Of a stretch of DNA of 64,000 nucleotides, positions 63,097 to 64,000 are shown in pieces. Below the pieces are notes generated by a model. That model did no database searches. It was not told where the DNA came from and saw nothing but the letters and a program-made list of their open reading frames with translations. Every line of letters starts with the position of its first letter. Within the stretch, counting starts at the first letter, position 1. Both the position numbers and the translations under genes were made by a program. The stretch spans positions 186,001 to 250,000 of the forward strand of contig RSEE01000002.1 in assembly GCA_003971905.1 (NCBI GenBank), read 5' to 3'. Origin of the DNA: Moniliella sp. 'wahieum' (Eukaryota).

Positions 63097-64000
63097 TTAG
63101 GTCGAAGGCCTAGCTTGGGGGCTGAGGCTCAGTGTAGGGCTGACTGCAAACCAGTCGCTCTCGGAAGAGAGAGCCCTCGAATGCGGAGTGGAAGGTCCCG
63201 AAACCAACTCGTTACGATCGATCGGCTGCAGGGTCTCCAACTGGTGGACACTTGTGGTTGAGCTAGAAGGAGACCACTGGTGGCGTCTATCATCCGCCGG
63301 GCCCAGGTCAAGTTCCGTGGGAGACAAGGGCGGGCTCACGTGGCTCCATGCAGCCGAGGCGGCCATATCGACAGAAAGGTGAACACTGTGGGTAGGAGTA
63401 CTTGACGGGTGGGGCTTGATCAAAGTTGTCTCCCGAAAAGCTGTCCGTCCCCTGGCTCGTACGACTTTGGACACGGGTCAAAGTTTGGCGCTGGGTAGAA
63501 TTGGCCTCTTCCACGGGAGGGGGGAGCACCAAGCTTGCATCGGAGACGACTGATTCAGTTCCCGTGAACGTTGCCGAGGCATCTGAGCGAGGGGGCATAT
63601 CCACCAGGGAGCGGTACGGAGGTGAAACTGAAGGCGGCATAGCAGCCACCCTCTGCTCTATACCCAAACCGTCAGAAACGTCTTGGTCGACAATATCTAG
63701 TTCCGCGTGCATTGCAGACGTCCAAGCGTCGACACCGTTGTCCGGACCGGCATTATTCCCGCGGCGGCGGGGAACAGCTCCCAAAATCCGATTAACCCCT
63801 GAGGCATGGGCAGCCGTGCGCGAAGCCAAAATAGCAGCTCCTTGAGAGGGGGTGAGGCCGGTTGCAGTTCGAGTAAAGGGGTTGCGGGGAAGAGGCGGAG
63901 GCGGAGGACCACGCACATGAGGTGGCAGAGGCGGAGGGGGCGGTCCGCATTCCCATGTATCCGGAGAAGTGGGTGAGATAGAAGGCGCCTGGTCAGCCGC
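63097..64000 (-). CDS. C-terminal part of a Pro/Ser-rich protein, truncated by the window edge
   Basis: Overlapping ORFs 63308-63916 and 63097-63474 (GPPPPPLPRNPF...SESDWFAVSPTLSLSPQARPST*); 5' part lies outside the window. Confidence 0.55.

Overview
GC-rich fungal genomic DNA, most likely a basidiomycete. The basis is short GT-AG introns with CTRAC branch points and protein families I recognise as basidiomycete-typical. Almost every gene is split across reading frames by 1-nt indels, which looks like an unpolished long-read consensus rather than real decay. Recognisable genes in order: VSB1-like SulP/STAS/cNMP transporter, DUF218 protein, PEX39 (KPWE protein), LST8, a Ser/Pro-rich orphan, SAH1, SOM1, a Dsf2/Nif1-like Sel1-repeat protein, a very large disordered protein, a Maf pyrophosphatase, mitoribosomal RSM25/mS23, a PEX11-family protein, an ABCC transporter, a bacterial (ManC)-type mannose-1-phosphate guanylyltransferase, an MP88-like secreted protein and a Firmicute-like nitronate monooxygenase/FabK-family gene. 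There are also several solo LTRs (one with a perfect 5-bp TSD) and orphan ORFs near the right end. The most unusual signal is non-coding. Intergenic DNA throughout the window carries short 7-bp-period arrays that all follow one rule: a T-N-A triplet alternating with a 4-bp palindrome, using nearly every possible palindromic tetramer and sometimes different tetramers in the same register. All family assignments come from motif recognition by eye; no searches were run.
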